A DNA stretch of 60,553 nt, filler included, from Malassezia furfur (GCA_052055015.1; 3 parts of 3 records of this genome joined end to end with filler, not necessarily neighbours in it), one strand, 5' to 3'; positions 44,916 through 55,953 are shown, counted from the first letter of the whole stretch. The notes: generated by a model not told the origin, from the letters alone. Program-made: numbers and translations.

Positions 44916-45732
44916 ATGGCGGAATCGAGCAAGGCGATGTGAGTAATGCGTGTGTGCATGGTATACTAACCGGCAGCAACCCCATGAAGGTGTGTAACGG
45001 ATATGCTGTGGATTCGCGCGCGGCGGCGGGCACCACTCACAGCGCGAGCAGGACGGCACAGGATGATTGCGTTGGCTTGTTGCTCACGTCCGTTTGGTGT
45101 CGCGCCATGTGCACAGGGACGACACGACGGTGTGCATAGCGGCGCAACATCCCTTGTGTCCTTGTCAGCGTCGATTGGGGCCTTCGTGTGCCTGCGCGAA
45201 ATCCAGCTGGCAAACGTGGAACAGACGACTAACCATACAGGAGCTTAAGGTTGACAAGCTCGTCATCAACATCTCGGTGGGTGAGTCGGGTGACCGTCTC
45301 ACTCGTGCCACCAAGGTGCTTGAGCAGCTCACCGGTCAGACCCCGGTGACCAGCAAGGCCCGCTACACGCTGCGTGGCTTCGGTATCCGCCGTAACGAGA
45401 AGATCGCGTGCCACGTCACCATCCGCGGTGCCAAGGCCGAGGAGATCCTCGAGCGTGGCCTGAAGGTCAAGGAGTACGAGCTGCGCAAGCGCAACTTCTC
45501 CGAGACGGGCAACTTCGGTTTCGGTATCACCGAGCACATTGACCTTGGTCTCAAGTACGACCCCGGTATCGGTATCTTCGGTATGGACTTCTACGTCTGC
45601 ATGACCCGCCCTGGTGCGCGTGTCGCTCGCCGCAAGAGCCGCACCTCGCGCGTGGGCTACTCGCACCGCGTCAAGAAGGAGGAGACGGCTGCCTGGTACA
45701 AGCAGCGGTTCGACGGTATCATCCTCAAGTAA
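44916..45732 (+). CDS. RPL11: 60S ribosomal protein L11 (uL5)
   Basis: [42 protein letters not shown]; introns 44939-44976 (38 nt) and 44990-45240 (251 nt); 13-nt micro-exon 44977-44989. Confidence 0.96.
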
Positions 45733-46023
45733 ATTTGTGTACGCTTGTTGTACACATCATGATGCTATTTCATACCTTGCGGTTCGTTGCCATAGCGTGC
45801 GCCTCCGTACACCTGGCTTCATGCCATGAAAATTGACAGCGCCCCTGTTTCGCTACCTGGCCGACTCGGTGTGGAAGGCGTTTTGTTCTCGGCCGAGATA
45901 CGTGGAGGCAGCCTCCACGGTGCCTGCGGGGCGTGGGCGCGCCTGGGCGGTCACACGTGGCGGCGGTGCGCGGTGGGCGTCCTTTCCTGACCGGTGTGCA
46001 TTGACGTCGACCGACACGCGCAG

Positions 46024-48300
46024 ATGATCCGTGGGCTCGAAGGATTCCTCCAGGACGCTCAGCTGCTCCAAGATGCCCAGCTCTCGTTGCTGAAGAATAC
46101 GCGTCTTGGCATCGACCTGTCGTATTACCTGCGCCAGCTGCTCTCGTCTGCCGAAACGGCGGAGCCGTTGGTCGCGGCGATCGGCGGGCAGCCGCTGGCC
46201 GTCATGGCCAAGATCGAGAGTGATCTGCGGGTCTTGGAACAGAACCGCATCAAGCCTGTATTTGTGCTGAACGGCTTGTCGCCTGCCAAGCGGACGCGCC
46301 CGTTTAGCTACGAGGACCGGCGCCCTGGCCTCCGCAAGCGTGCGTGGGAGGCATACGAGGCCGGGAATGTGGACCTGGCCGTCCAGCACCTGCGCGCGAG
46401 CAACAGTATCCACTTCCCTGATTTGTACAGGAATGTTCTGCGTATGCTCCGCCACAAGCACGTCGATTTCCTCGTGGCTCCCTATCTGGCGACCGGGCAG
46501 CTGGTGCTGTTGGAGACGCACAGCAAGCAATACGTGCACGCAATGTACGGCCCCTCAGAGCTGCTTGCGTTCGACAACGTGGACAAGGTGATTGTGCACA
46601 TGGACTTTGCGCAGGGCAAGTTCCAGTATGTGAGCAAACAGGCGATTTTGCGGGAGCTGCAGTGCAGCGAGAGCGAATTTCTGGATGCGGCGCTGCTGGT
46701 GGGCATGGAGTATTGCTCGACGTTCCCTGCACTGCAGGACGAGTCGACGGGCCTGCTGCAAACCTCGGGTCCGCCCGGCCTGCGAGCGGTGAGCCAGCTG
46801 GTGCGGCAGTACCGCAGCGGCTTTGCGCTGTGCAGCCAGTTTGCGCAGCACCCCATGGTGGTCAAGTCGGCGTATTTGGACCAGTTCTGCCACGCGCGCA
46901 CCATGATCAAATACTCGCTCGTGCTCGCACCCGTGTCGGCGACGGTGGTGCCGCTGCCGCTGGCGCTTGGCAAGGGCGACAAGAACGCGGCCGATGTCCC
47001 GTCGGACTTGCAGGAGATCTTTTCTTTCCGGCTGCCCGACGAGGTCTTTTTGTGTCTGTCGCGCGGGCTGACAAGCGCGAATGTGCTGGGCAGTCTGCTG
47101 AGTGGCTACGTGATTGAGCCTGCGCCGCTCGACAATGGCGAGACGAGTGAATACCAACGATTTGTGCGCGAATACCTCACCGAGTCGCCACAGAGCCCGC
47201 GGTGCATCGCGATTGCGCTCGCGTGTGCGGCGCTGCATCCCTTCTGGCGTGCGCGCAAAGTCTCGGCTGTGTTCTACTTCCAGCCGCACGCCGACTGCCC
47301 CGTGCCGCACGAGGCGCCTGCGACGCAGCAGCTGCTGCAGCGCATGGAGCTGTGGTACGTCCCTGCCGCGTTCTTGGACGAGGAGCTCAAGCGGCAAAAC
47401 TCGGCGACGATTGATCTGCCCCTGTGCCTCAACACCACCGCCGATGCGGCGCGCGCCAAGCGCACGATCGGCACGCGCGATGCGAGCGCGCGCCTCACGA
47501 AAAAGGACGAGCTGGTGGCCAACTCGCTGTGGCGTCTGCTTGAGCTGCGTGGCTTCTTGAACGAGCAGCACACGCACACAGCGTATGGACGCGCGCTGCA
47601 CGGTGCACTGCAAAAAGTCAAGGTGAACGACCGCGTGCAGGAGCCGCTGTACCTCGCGCTCGAGCTGGTGCGCGCCGGGGTTTTGCACGGCGACGCGTAC
47701 AGCCACACGTCCTACAGCGGTGGCCCATCGTTTGGCTCCGACGACGAGATGCAGCACATGCGGCTGGTGATGCGTGCGCTGAGTCTTGTGCCGATCACCT
47801 TCAAGCCGCAGGCCTGGGACGCGCCGCTCTCGCGCGAGCTGCTCGTGTTCAACTCGTTCGTCAAGTCGCTCTCGCGCTCGCTGCGCTCGCTTGTCGAGAT
47901 GATCACGCTGACGATGCTGCTCAAGAGCGAGAACCGCGTGCCGCGTGACGACTACCTCGACCTGAGCCTCTCGCTGCTCTTCCAGTCGGACACCAACACG
48001 GGCCTGGGCATCGTTGTCAAGTGCTACCTCGATGCGCTCTATACGCTGCACGGCGGCACAGTGACGGCAAGCGAGGCGGCGCAGGCCAACACCCAGGAGG
48101 AAAAGAGCTCCGTGGTCGAGATGCTGGTCGAGACCTTTGAAAACGTCCGCGATGTCGGCGTGGAGCTGCGCCGCGGCTTCCGCTTCTGGACGGCGCTCGT
48201 GAGTGCCGTTGAGATTCTCGCCGAAGAGCACACCGTCTCGGCGTCCGTCGCGCAACAGTTCCGTGCCGCCGACGCCTGGTTGCAGCCGATGATGCTCTAG
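46024..48300 (+). CDS. MKT1: Post-transcriptional regulator Mkt1 (XPG/PIN-like)
   Basis: LGID.SYYL, EPL..A.GG.P, PVFVLNGL, FLVAPY.A.GQL, RLPDE.F..LSRGL, LSRELL.FNSFV; a possible upstream micro-intron at 45994-46023 leaves the start uncertain. Confidence 0.82.
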   Translation: MIRGLEGFLQDAQLLQDAQLSLLKNTRLGIDLSYYLRQLLSSAETAEPLVAAIGGQPLAVMAKIESDLRVLEQNRIKPVFVLNGLSPAKRTRPFSYEDRRPGLRKRAWEAYEAGNVDLAVQHLRASNSIHFPDLYRNVLRMLRHKHVDFLVAPYLATGQLVLLETHSKQYVHAMYGPSELLAFDNVDKVIVHMDFAQGKFQYVSKQAILRELQCSESEFLDAALLVGMEYCSTFPALQDESTGLLQTSGPPGLRAVSQLVRQYRSGFALCSQFAQHPMVVKSAYLDQFCHARTMIKYSLVLAPVSATVVPLPLALGKGDKNAADVPSDLQEIFSFRLPDEVFLCLSRGLTSANVLGSLLSGYVIEPAPLDNGETSEYQRFVREYLTESPQSPRCIAIALACAALHPFWRARKVSAVFYFQPHADCPVPHEAPATQQLLQRMELWYVPAAFLDEELKRQNSATIDLPLCLNTTADAARAKRTIGTRDASARLTKKDELVANSLWRLLELRGFLNEQHTHTAYGRALHGALQKVKVNDRVQEPLYLALELVRAGVLHGDAYSHTSYSGGPSFGSDDEMQHMRLVMRALSLVPITFKPQAWDAPLSRELLVFNSFVKSLSRSLRSLVEMITLTMLLKSENRVPRDDYLDLSLSLLFQSDTNTGLGIVVKCYLDALYTLHGGTVTASEAAQANTQEEKSSVVEMLVETFENVRDVGVELRRGFRFWTALVSAVEILAEEHTVSASVAQQFRAADAWLQPMML

Positions 48301-48334
48301 CGTGTACAATAAGTAGGTCCGATGTAGCACCGTT

Positions 48335-50097
48335 CTACGGGGTATCGTTCGCGGAGCACGTCCCGGTACCGCCGGCATCAGAGCGCCGTGACCCGGAAGA
48401 GCGCGACTCGAGGTCCTCGTCCAAGTCGTCGTCCTCCGACCAGTCCTGTGCGCCGTCGTCCGCGTCCAGGCGCAGCCGCTCGAGCCGCGGCGCATACATC
48501 ACCGCTGACGGTAGCACACCGGGGGTCGGCGGCAACGACGCCGATGCCAGCGCGTCGGGCATCGCTGCTCCGGCCCCGGGCGCCGCTGCCCCAGCCCGCG
48601 CATCGTCCGTCCCAGGCGCGAGCCAGAGTGAGCCAGAGGACGCGGCACGCCCCACGGGCTGCGTCTCGCTCTGGGAGCGCGCAGGCATCTTGGGCCGCGA
48701 CGGGAGCGTCGTGGCGCGCCCCAGCGCGCCACCGCCGCGCAGGAGGCGCACGAGCGACTGCTTCGACGAGGTGCTGCTCGGCGACGTCGCGCCGCTCTCG
48801 TCGCTCGGTGTGCTTGGCGCACGCCGCGGGCCACTGAGTGTCTCGGTGAGACGACGGCGCAGCTGCTTCATCTGCCTGCGCAGCCGCGGCAGGCCCGTCA
48901 GTGCGCCATGCACCTCTTCACGCGAGACCTGAACGGACGGCATCTGCGTGGGGTCCGTCTGCTGCAGCCAGTGGTCCGCATTGTCCAGGTTGGCGACAAT
49001 CCATGGGTGGTGGCGCACCTCTTCGAGCGTGATGCGTTCGTTGGGGTTTTTCTCTAGCAGGCGGTCGAGCAGGTCACGCACCAGCCGCGCCTCGCGCGAC
49101 ATGGGCAGCGGCGGCGCGTCCTGCTCGGGCACCGCGTGCGGACCAAACCGCGGAGCGCGCGGGCCGACGGCAATCGCATCGGAACCCATCGTGGCAGGCA
49201 GTGCATAATCCTCAAAGGGGATCACGTTGAACAACGCATACTCGGTGTCGGCCGTGAACGGAGGATGCCCAAACAAGAGACAGTACAGCGTCACGCCGAG
49301 TGCCCACACATCGATGGCCTTGTTGATGGGCCAGCCCTTTTTTCCCTGGCCACACAGGCACAGTTCGGGCGCAAAGAACGCGGGACTGCCTGCCGTCTTG
49401 GCAAGCGCCGCCTCGTCGTTTTCGGTGGAGACGGAGCTGAGATGCGACACGCCAAAGTCACTGATTTTCACATGGTACTCCTCATCCCACAGCAGGTTTG
49501 CGGGCTTGATATCGCGGTGCACGATGCCCTGGTGGTGCAGGAATTCGAGGCCCAGCACGACGTCGCGGATGATGCGCCGCGTCTCCTCGACGGTGAGCGT
49601 CGGACGGCCCGCGGCGTCTTTCCAGTGTACCTCGCCGCGCGCCATGTACTCGAGAATGAGAAAGATCTTCCGGCTTTGCGGGTCATCGATCACCTCTTTC
49701 AGCTGCACCACGTTGGGGTGCTGGCACTTTTTGAGGATCGCAATTTCGCGCAGCACCTTCTCGTCCGTGACCGGCGCGAGCGGTGTGAGCGGGTCGGCGC
49801 TCCGCTCACCGAGCTTGCGTCGCATCTCACGCTGCACGATCTTTACGGCGACGCGCTCGCCCGTCTCGGCGTGCCGCGCAAGGCGCACACGACCATGCAC
49901 GCCGTGCCCAATTTCGTCCTCGCTGCGGTCAGTGCGTCAGGTGCAACCTACATGATGTACTCGTTCACCATACGACGCCCACTCGGCGCATGGGTCTGCA
50001 GCTGTAGTCGATTCGTCTCGAGCACGGGTGCAGGCGTCGTGCCGCCCGACGGGGCCGGTGCCGTGCGCGCCGGCCGCGCCCCCCCACGATCCTCCAT
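48335..50097 (-). CDS. CaMKK-family Ser/Thr kinase (Sak1/Ssp1-like, Snf1-activating)
   Basis: VNEYI|IEDEIGHGVHGRV, REIAILKKC.HPNVV.L.EVIDDP, HRDIKPANLL, DFGVS, TAGSPAFFAPE; 29-nt intron 49923-49951. Confidence 0.88.
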
Positions 50098-50187
50098 GCT
50101 GCCGCGTGGTCGCACAGGCCACGTGGTCTCGCGTGCGCGAGGGGCACCCTTCGGACCGGTAGTGCGGGGTTTGCCGCTTTGCGAGTA

Positions 50188-52299
50188 ATGGCCGTGTTTG
50201 CTGCCGTGCGCACTCTGTCTCGCTCCTCGATCCTTCCTCGTCGTTCTTTGACCACAAGTGCGATCGCGTCCATGTCCTCCTCGAAGCTGCTCCTGAACGA
50301 GATGCCGCCCATGCTCGCGAACCAGGCGACGCTGCCGCGGTTGCCGGTTCCCCCGCTCGAGCAATCGCTCGAGCGCTACCTGCGCAGTCTTGAGCCGATC
50401 CTGCAGCAGAAGGAGGACTTGGGTGAGCTTCCGGCGGGCGCCACAGCCGCCTCGGAGCTTGCACAGCGCCGCAAGTGGGCCGATGAGCTGCTGAGCGGCA
50501 TTGGGCCTCTGCTCAACCAGCGCCTGCTCGATGTCGACCAGACGACGGACAGCAACTGGTTCGACGACCGCTTCTGGCTGCAGAAGGCGTACCACGAGTG
50601 GCGTGCGCCGCTTCTCGTCAACTCGAACTGGTGGCTTATGTTCCGCGCGGACGACGGCACGCCCGAGGACGTCGCCGAGTACCTCGGCGATGTGCCAGCC
50701 TACACGCCCGACGCGGTCACTGCGCAGCCCTGGACGTACTCCGAGTGGGGTATCCGCCGTGCGACCTGGCTCACGTACCGCATGGCGCTGTACAAGCTCG
50801 CGCTCGACAAGGAGACGATCAAGCCCGACGCGTCGCGCGCCGGTGCGTTCTGCATGTACCAGTACCAGCGCGTATTCAATGTGACCCGTATTCCGGCGCG
50901 TCCGCACGACTGGAACACGGCATCGCGTGAGCAGGACGCGAAGCACGTCACCGTCATGGTCGACGACAACCTGTACGAGCTGCCCGTGTTCAACGAGCAG
51001 AACGACATTGTGCCTCTGCCCGAGCTCGAGAAGGCGCTGCGTGCGATCATCGCCGACGCCTCCAAGCAGCGGGGCACTGCGGTCGGCGTGCTCACCTCGG
51101 AGCAGCGCGACACGTGGGCGCTCGCGCGCGAGCACCTCCTCACGCTCTCGCCCAAGAACCGCGCGAGCCTCGACTCGGTGCAGAGCAGTCTGTTTGTGCT
51201 GGCGCTCGACAGCAACGTGCTGAGCACCCCGACCGAGCACCGCGGCACGCAGGTCGGCTGCGAGCCGGCCACTGCGGACGTGCACGCGATCACCACGTCG
51301 GGCGGCGGCCGCTGGGCGCACAACCGCTGGTTCGACAAGTCGGTCAACCTGAGCATTGAGCCGAACGGGCGCGCGGGTTTCCTGGGCGAGCACTCGCCCG
51401 TGGATGCGCTGATCCCGTCGATCATCGGCGAGTACCTCATTGCGCACGCGGCGCCGCGGCCCGACACGCCGTACCCCGAGGAGCTCGAGGGGGTGTCGCT
51501 CATCGATGCGCCCGTCGAGTGGAAGAAGCTCGAGTTCGTCGTGGATGACAAGACGAAGCAGGCGATCGCCCAGGCCGAGGAGCACGCCAAAGAGATCGTG
51601 GCCGGCTCCGACATCGGCGTGCTGTGGTACAACGAGTACGGCGCGGACTGGATCAAGAAGGTGGCGCGCCAGGCGCCTGATGCGTACCTGCAGATGGCGC
51701 TGCAGATCGCCTACGCCTCGGTGCACGACCGCCAGACGGCTACGTACGAGACGGCGAGCACGCGCCTGTTTAAGCACGGGCGTACCGACGTCATCCGCTC
51801 CTTCTCGAACGAGGCATACGCGCTCGTCAAGGCGATCCGTGCGAACAAGCCGGCCAGCGAGCTCTACGCGCTGCTCACGGCCGCGACGGGCGCCCACACG
51901 CGCCAGACGCGCGACCACTCGTTCGGCAAGGGCTTTGACCGCCACATGGCCGGTCTGCAGCTCGTGTACCGCGCCGAGGACGATGGTGAGTTCCCGAAGC
52001 TCTTCTCCGACCCGCTCTTTGCGGAGTCGAGCGGCTGGAAGCTCAGCACGTCGGGCCTGAGCGCCGGCGACCGGTTCGTCGGTACGGGCTTCGGCTCCGG
52101 CTTCCCTGACGGCTTCGGTGTGAACTACCTGGCGGGCGGCAAGGTGCTCAAGTTCGGCCTGGAGTCCAAGCGGAACAACCCCAAGGGCGACGGCAACCCG
52201 GTCGCGATGTACAAGCAGGCGATCGTCGAGGCGCTCCGCAAGCTGCGCTCGATCGTCGAGCAGGGCCGCCCGGAGGAGCCGGAGAAGGCCAAGCTGTAG
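50188..52299 (+). CDS. CAT2: Carnitine O-acetyltransferase, probably mitochondrial and peroxisomal
   Basis: LPRLPVPPLE, NRWFDKS, GEHSPVDA, PDAYLQMALQ.AY, TYETASTRLFKHGRT, LSTS; Arg/Ser-rich N-terminus and C-terminal AKL (PTS1). Confidence 0.9.
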   Translation: MAVFAAVRTLSRSSILPRRSLTTSAIASMSSSKLLLNEMPPMLANQATLPRLPVPPLEQSLERYLRSLEPILQQKEDLGELPAGATAASELAQRRKWADELLSGIGPLLNQRLLDVDQTTDSNWFDDRFWLQKAYHEWRAPLLVNSNWWLMFRADDGTPEDVAEYLGDVPAYTPDAVTAQPWTYSEWGIRRATWLTYRMALYKLALDKETIKPDASRAGAFCMYQYQRVFNVTRIPARPHDWNTASREQDAKHVTVMVDDNLYELPVFNEQNDIVPLPELEKALRAIIADASKQRGTAVGVLTSEQRDTWALAREHLLTLSPKNRASLDSVQSSLFVLALDSNVLSTPTEHRGTQVGCEPATADVHAITTSGGGRWAHNRWFDKSVNLSIEPNGRAGFLGEHSPVDALIPSIIGEYLIAHAAPRPDTPYPEELEGVSLIDAPVEWKKLEFVVDDKTKQAIAQAEEHAKEIVAGSDIGVLWYNEYGADWIKKVARQAPDAYLQMALQIAYASVHDRQTATYETASTRLFKHGRTDVIRSFSNEAYALVKAIRANKPASELYALLTAATGAHTRQTRDHSFGKGFDRHMAGLQLVYRAEDDGEFPKLFSDPLFAESSGWKLSTSGLSAGDRFVGTGFGSGFPDGFGVNYLAGGKVLKFGLESKRNNPKGDGNPVAMYKQAIVEALRKLRSIVEQGRPEEPEKAKL

Positions 52300-52402
52300 G
52301 CGCGCGGTACTCTCGTCCATAGCAATTCGGGCCCCTTTGGGACAGACCTACTCCCTCTGCGCTACGAGTCGGCGGAGCCGGGGTGGCACGCGCGCCACCC
52401 TT

Positions 52403-53216
52403 CTAAGGAAGCACGGTGGCGACGATGCGGCGCGAGTGCTTCGCACGGCGGAACTCGCACAGGTACTGCGGTCAGCCATAGGCAAGATACGCACCACGCC
52501 CTGCCACGTCCCGAGGTTCAGGCGGCCGTCCGTGATCGGAATGGTGAGCGACGGGCCGATGATCGACGCCTTAGTGTGCGACGCCGAATCGTCGGGGCCC
52601 TCGTCCGTGTGCCGCCACGGGAGCGACTCGGGGACGACGTGGTCAAGCGCCTGCGTAAGTGGGCACCACGTACCATGTCCATGTCGGTGCGCACGTCGCG
52701 GTCAAAGTTTTCGTTGAGCGACAGCGCCGCGCTCGTGTGCTGGATGAACAGCGTGAGGATTCCAGCCTTGACGGGGCGCAGGATGTCGCGCAGCTCGCTC
52801 TCGACCTCGCTCTGCACGAGATGGCAGCCCTTCGTGCGTGCGTTGAGGGTAAACGTTTTTTGCGCCGGCATGGTGGTGGGGGGAGAAACGCCCCCACCTG
52901 CGCGCGGGCCACGCGGCATGGCAGGAACGAGGCCCCGAAGTGTCGACAGCGGGACAAACACGTACGCAAGGCCGAGCAGCACGATAAACAGCGTGAGCAC
53001 GTTGGGATTGCGGATCTTGCGCGCGGTGCCGAAAAAGAGCGGGTGCCGCTCGCCGTACCGCCGGCGGCGTGCGTCGGCATCGGCACGCCGCTTGCGCCGC
53101 ACGGCGTCCGCCTCGGCGTAGGGCGAGTTGGCGTACAGCGTGGCACTCGCCTCGAGCGGGGACTCGTCGGCGGCGTGCGGCGCACGATCGGGCGGCGCAG
53201 GCGGGTAGGCGGACAT
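52403..53216 (-). CDS. UPF0047/YjbQ-family protein with a possible N-terminal TM extension
   Basis: GCHLV, FIQHTSAALSLNEN.D.DVR.DM, H.DEGPDD..SH.K, LNLGTWQG.|YLCEFR; introns 52651-52673 (23 nt) and 52466-52494 (29 nt); alternative ATG at 52871. Confidence 0.85.
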
Positions 53217-53265
53217 GGTGGGGGATACAAGCCAAGCGTGCGTCCACATGGGGCTACGCGGAGAT

Positions 53266-55935
53266 CTATGAGCGGTTCGCGAGGTGCTGCAGACGCACAC
53301 GCACCGCATTCGCGTGGGCTTCGAGACCCTCGCACTCGGCGAGCGCCACGACGTGCGGGCCGAGCTTTTGGAGGCCGGGCGCGTCGAGCATCTGCGCCGT
53401 GATGTGCTTCTGGAAGGTGGACGTCGAGACGCCCGAGTACTGCCGCGCATACCCGTACGTCGGCAGCGTATGGTTGGTGCCGGAGGCATAGTCGCCGCAG
53501 CTCTCGGGGCTCCACGCGCCCACAAACACACTTCCCGCGTTGTCGACGAGCGGCACGAGCGCCTCGGGCTCGGCGGTGTGCAGGATAAGGTGCTCGGGCG
53601 CATACCGGTTGCTCCACTGCATCGCCTCCTCGCGGCTCGCGACCAGCACCGTAACGCTCTTGTCGATCGCCTGGCGCACCACGTCGACGCGCGGCAGCGC
53701 GCGCGCCTGTGTGTCGACCGCCTCCTCGATTGCCGCGAGCTTCTCAGAAGACAGCGCAATGCCGACCAGCACCACCTGCGAGTCCGGGCCGTGCTCGGCC
53801 TGCGACAAGAGGTCGGAGGCGACAAACGCGGGCTCCGCCTGGTCGTCGGCCACCACCAGCACCTCGGACGGGCCCGCTGGCATGTCGATGGACACCAGCG
53901 CATCCACCTCGTTCTGCACCACCATCTTGGCCGCCGTGACGTACTGGTTACCCGGGCCGGCGATCTTGTCCACCTTGGGCACGGACTCGGTGCCGTACGC
54001 CATCGCGGCCACCGCCTGAGCACCGCCGGCGCACACGATGCACGACACACCCACCTTGTCCGCAACGTACAGCACCTCGGGCGCGATGCTGCCGTCCGCA
54101 CGCGGCGGCGTCGCCAGCACAATTGTCTTGCACCCGGCCACCTGCGCAGGCACACCGAGCATCAGCGCCGTGCTCGGCAGCACAGCGCTCCCACCGGGCA
54201 CGTATACACCCACGCGCTCGATCGGCCGGGGGAAGCGCGTGCACACCACACCGGGCATCGTCTCGACCTCCATCACCTCGCGCAGCCCGGCGTGCGGCAC
54301 CCACTGCGCGCTCAGTGCATTGGCGGGCGGCGCAACCTCGGGCGCGACGTGACCCTGCGCCTGGTGGAAACGCAGAATGTTGCCGTACGCCACGTCGATC
54401 GCCTCGCGCACCGCCGGGTCCATCGCCGCGCGGTCTGCGTCCGTCTGGAACGGCGGCAGGCGCACGTTCGACTCCAGCTGCACACGGTCGAGCTTGGCCG
54501 TGTACTCGGCGAGCGCTGCATCGCCGCGCTCCTTGACCGCGGCAAGGATGGGGCGCACACGCTCCAGCACCTCGTTGGTGCGGATGCCGGGGCGCTTCAG
54601 CAGCTCGCTCTGCTTTGCCGCATTCGTCTCGCTCAGGCGGTACACGGGCAGCTTGATGGGTGCCGAGGGGTCGACCGGCGCGGCCTGCTTGGGCGCGGGC
54701 GCCGAGGCAGGTGCCGCAGCCGGCGCCGCAGCAGGTGCGGCCGTGTACGCCGGCTTAGCGTCGCCCTTGCGGCGCGTCACCTTGAGGCTCTTGCTATCCA
54801 GGCTGTGCTCAATCTCGGCGAGGCCGATGCCAGACTGCACGCACTTTGCGAGCGCAAAGTAGAGCAGGTCCGCGGCCTCGAATGCGACGTGCTCTGGTTC
54901 GGTGGCCTCGACGAGCTCCTGCGCCTCCTCGCAGATCTTGGCGCCAAGCAGCGACGCGTCGCTAAACAGGCGTGCAGTGTACGAGCCCTGCGGCGCATTC
55001 GCCTTGCGCGCACGAAGCGTCTGCTCGAGCTTGGCCAGACCACGCAGCGAGCCGAAGCAAGACGCGCGGTCGGTCAGGTGGCAGAAGCCGGCGGCCTCGG
55101 TGCCTGCGTGCTGCTCCACCTGGAACTCGACGGCGTCTTCGTCGCAGTCCAGCACGACGCGCACCACGTTCTGGGTCGCGCCGCTCGTCGCGCCCTTGTG
55201 CCAGAGTCCGCGCTTGCGCGACTCGTAGTGCGCCGAGCCGGTGAGCAGCGACGCACGGATGCTCCGCGGCGAAGAGTACACAAGCCCCAGCGAGGTCGAC
55301 AGTGGCTCCGACACCACGACGGTCGGAAACAGGCCGTCCTCGCGGTCCGACTTGATCGCGCACAGAAGCGCGTCGACGTAGTCGACCTTGCTACCGTCCA
55401 CCGACAGTTGCGTCGTGGGCACGACAAGCGTCGCACCCGAGGCGTGCACGGCCTTGATCTCTTCGGGGGTCACGGGCGCAGACGACTGGATGTATACAGG
55501 CTTGCCACACACTGAGGTCTGCATCGCATCGAGGAAACGCTGCGCGGTGCCCTCGTGCGGCGTGCCTGCGCAGCGCACGAGCGCACCGGCGGCCTGCTTG
55601 TGACTCGGCGGCATGCCGTCCTCGGTGACGGCGAGGATGATGCGCGACGTGCGCACGCTCTCCTCGAGCTCACCGAGCACGCTGCTGGACTCAGGGATGA
55701 CCAGCGCATCCACGCCGGCGTTGAGCAGATCGATCACCTGGTCGTACGTCGGCTGGTCCACCTGCACGAGGATCGGCGTGCGCGAAAAGTCTTTCCATCC
55801 GAGCTGCTGGAGCGCGTCATAGGGAACTAGCAGCGGAGCGGAGCGCGAAATGGCCTGTGCAAGCTGGCTTTGGTCCCAACCGGCCACTGACTCTTGCGTC
55901 AGGGCCGGCAGAAGCGGCGACGACTGCTGCAGCAT
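53266..55935 (-). CDS. HIS4: Trifunctional histidine biosynthesis protein (PR-AMP cyclohydrolase, PR-ATP pyrophosphatase, histidinol dehydrogenase)
   Basis: LWHKGATSG, DCDED, GSYTARLF, EAADLLYF, VGVYVPGGSA.LPST, PGNQYV, DMPAGPSE, SQAEHG, YAPEHL, GDYASGTNHTLPT. Confidence 0.96.
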   Translation of the reverse strand: MLQQSSPLLPALTQESVAGWDQSQLAQAISRSAPLLVPYDALQQLGWKDFSRTPILVQVDQPTYDQVIDLLNAGVDALVIPESSSVLGELEESVRTSRIILAVTEDGMPPSHKQAAGALVRCAGTPHEGTAQRFLDAMQTSVCGKPVYIQSSAPVTPEEIKAVHASGATLVVPTTQLSVDGSKVDYVDALLCAIKSDREDGLFPTVVVSEPLSTSLGLVYSSPRSIRASLLTGSAHYESRKRGLWHKGATSGATQNVVRVVLDCDEDAVEFQVEQHAGTEAAGFCHLTDRASCFGSLRGLAKLEQTLRARKANAPQGSYTARLFSDASLLGAKICEEAQELVEATEPEHVAFEAADLLYFALAKCVQSGIGLAEIEHSLDSKSLKVTRRKGDAKPAYTAAPAAAPAAAPASAPAPKQAAPVDPSAPIKLPVYRLSETNAAKQSELLKRPGIRTNEVLERVRPILAAVKERGDAALAEYTAKLDRVQLESNVRLPPFQTDADRAAMDPAVREAIDVAYGNILRFHQAQGHVAPEVAPPANALSAQWVPHAGLREVMEVETMPGVVCTRFPRPIERVGVYVPGGSAVLPSTALMLGVPAQVAGCKTIVLATPPRADGSIAPEVLYVADKVGVSCIVCAGGAQAVAAMAYGTESVPKVDKIAGPGNQYVTAAKMVVQNEVDALVSIDMPAGPSEVLVVADDQAEPAFVASDLLSQAEHGPDSQVVLVGIALSSEKLAAIEEAVDTQARALPRVDVVRQAIDKSVTVLVASREEAMQWSNRYAPEHLILHTAEPEALVPLVDNAGSVFVGAWSPESCGDYASGTNHTLPTYGYARQYSGVSTSTFQKHITAQMLDAPGLQKLGPHVVALAECEGLEAHANAVRVRLQHLANRS

Positions 55936-55953
55936 GAAGAAGAATGCCCAGCG

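Noticed and set aside
52381..52400. Hairpin GGGTGGC-N6-GCCACCC beside the YjbQ stop; a similar GC hairpin near 17101-17121
   Set aside because: Short GC-rich stems are expected by chance and have no other support.
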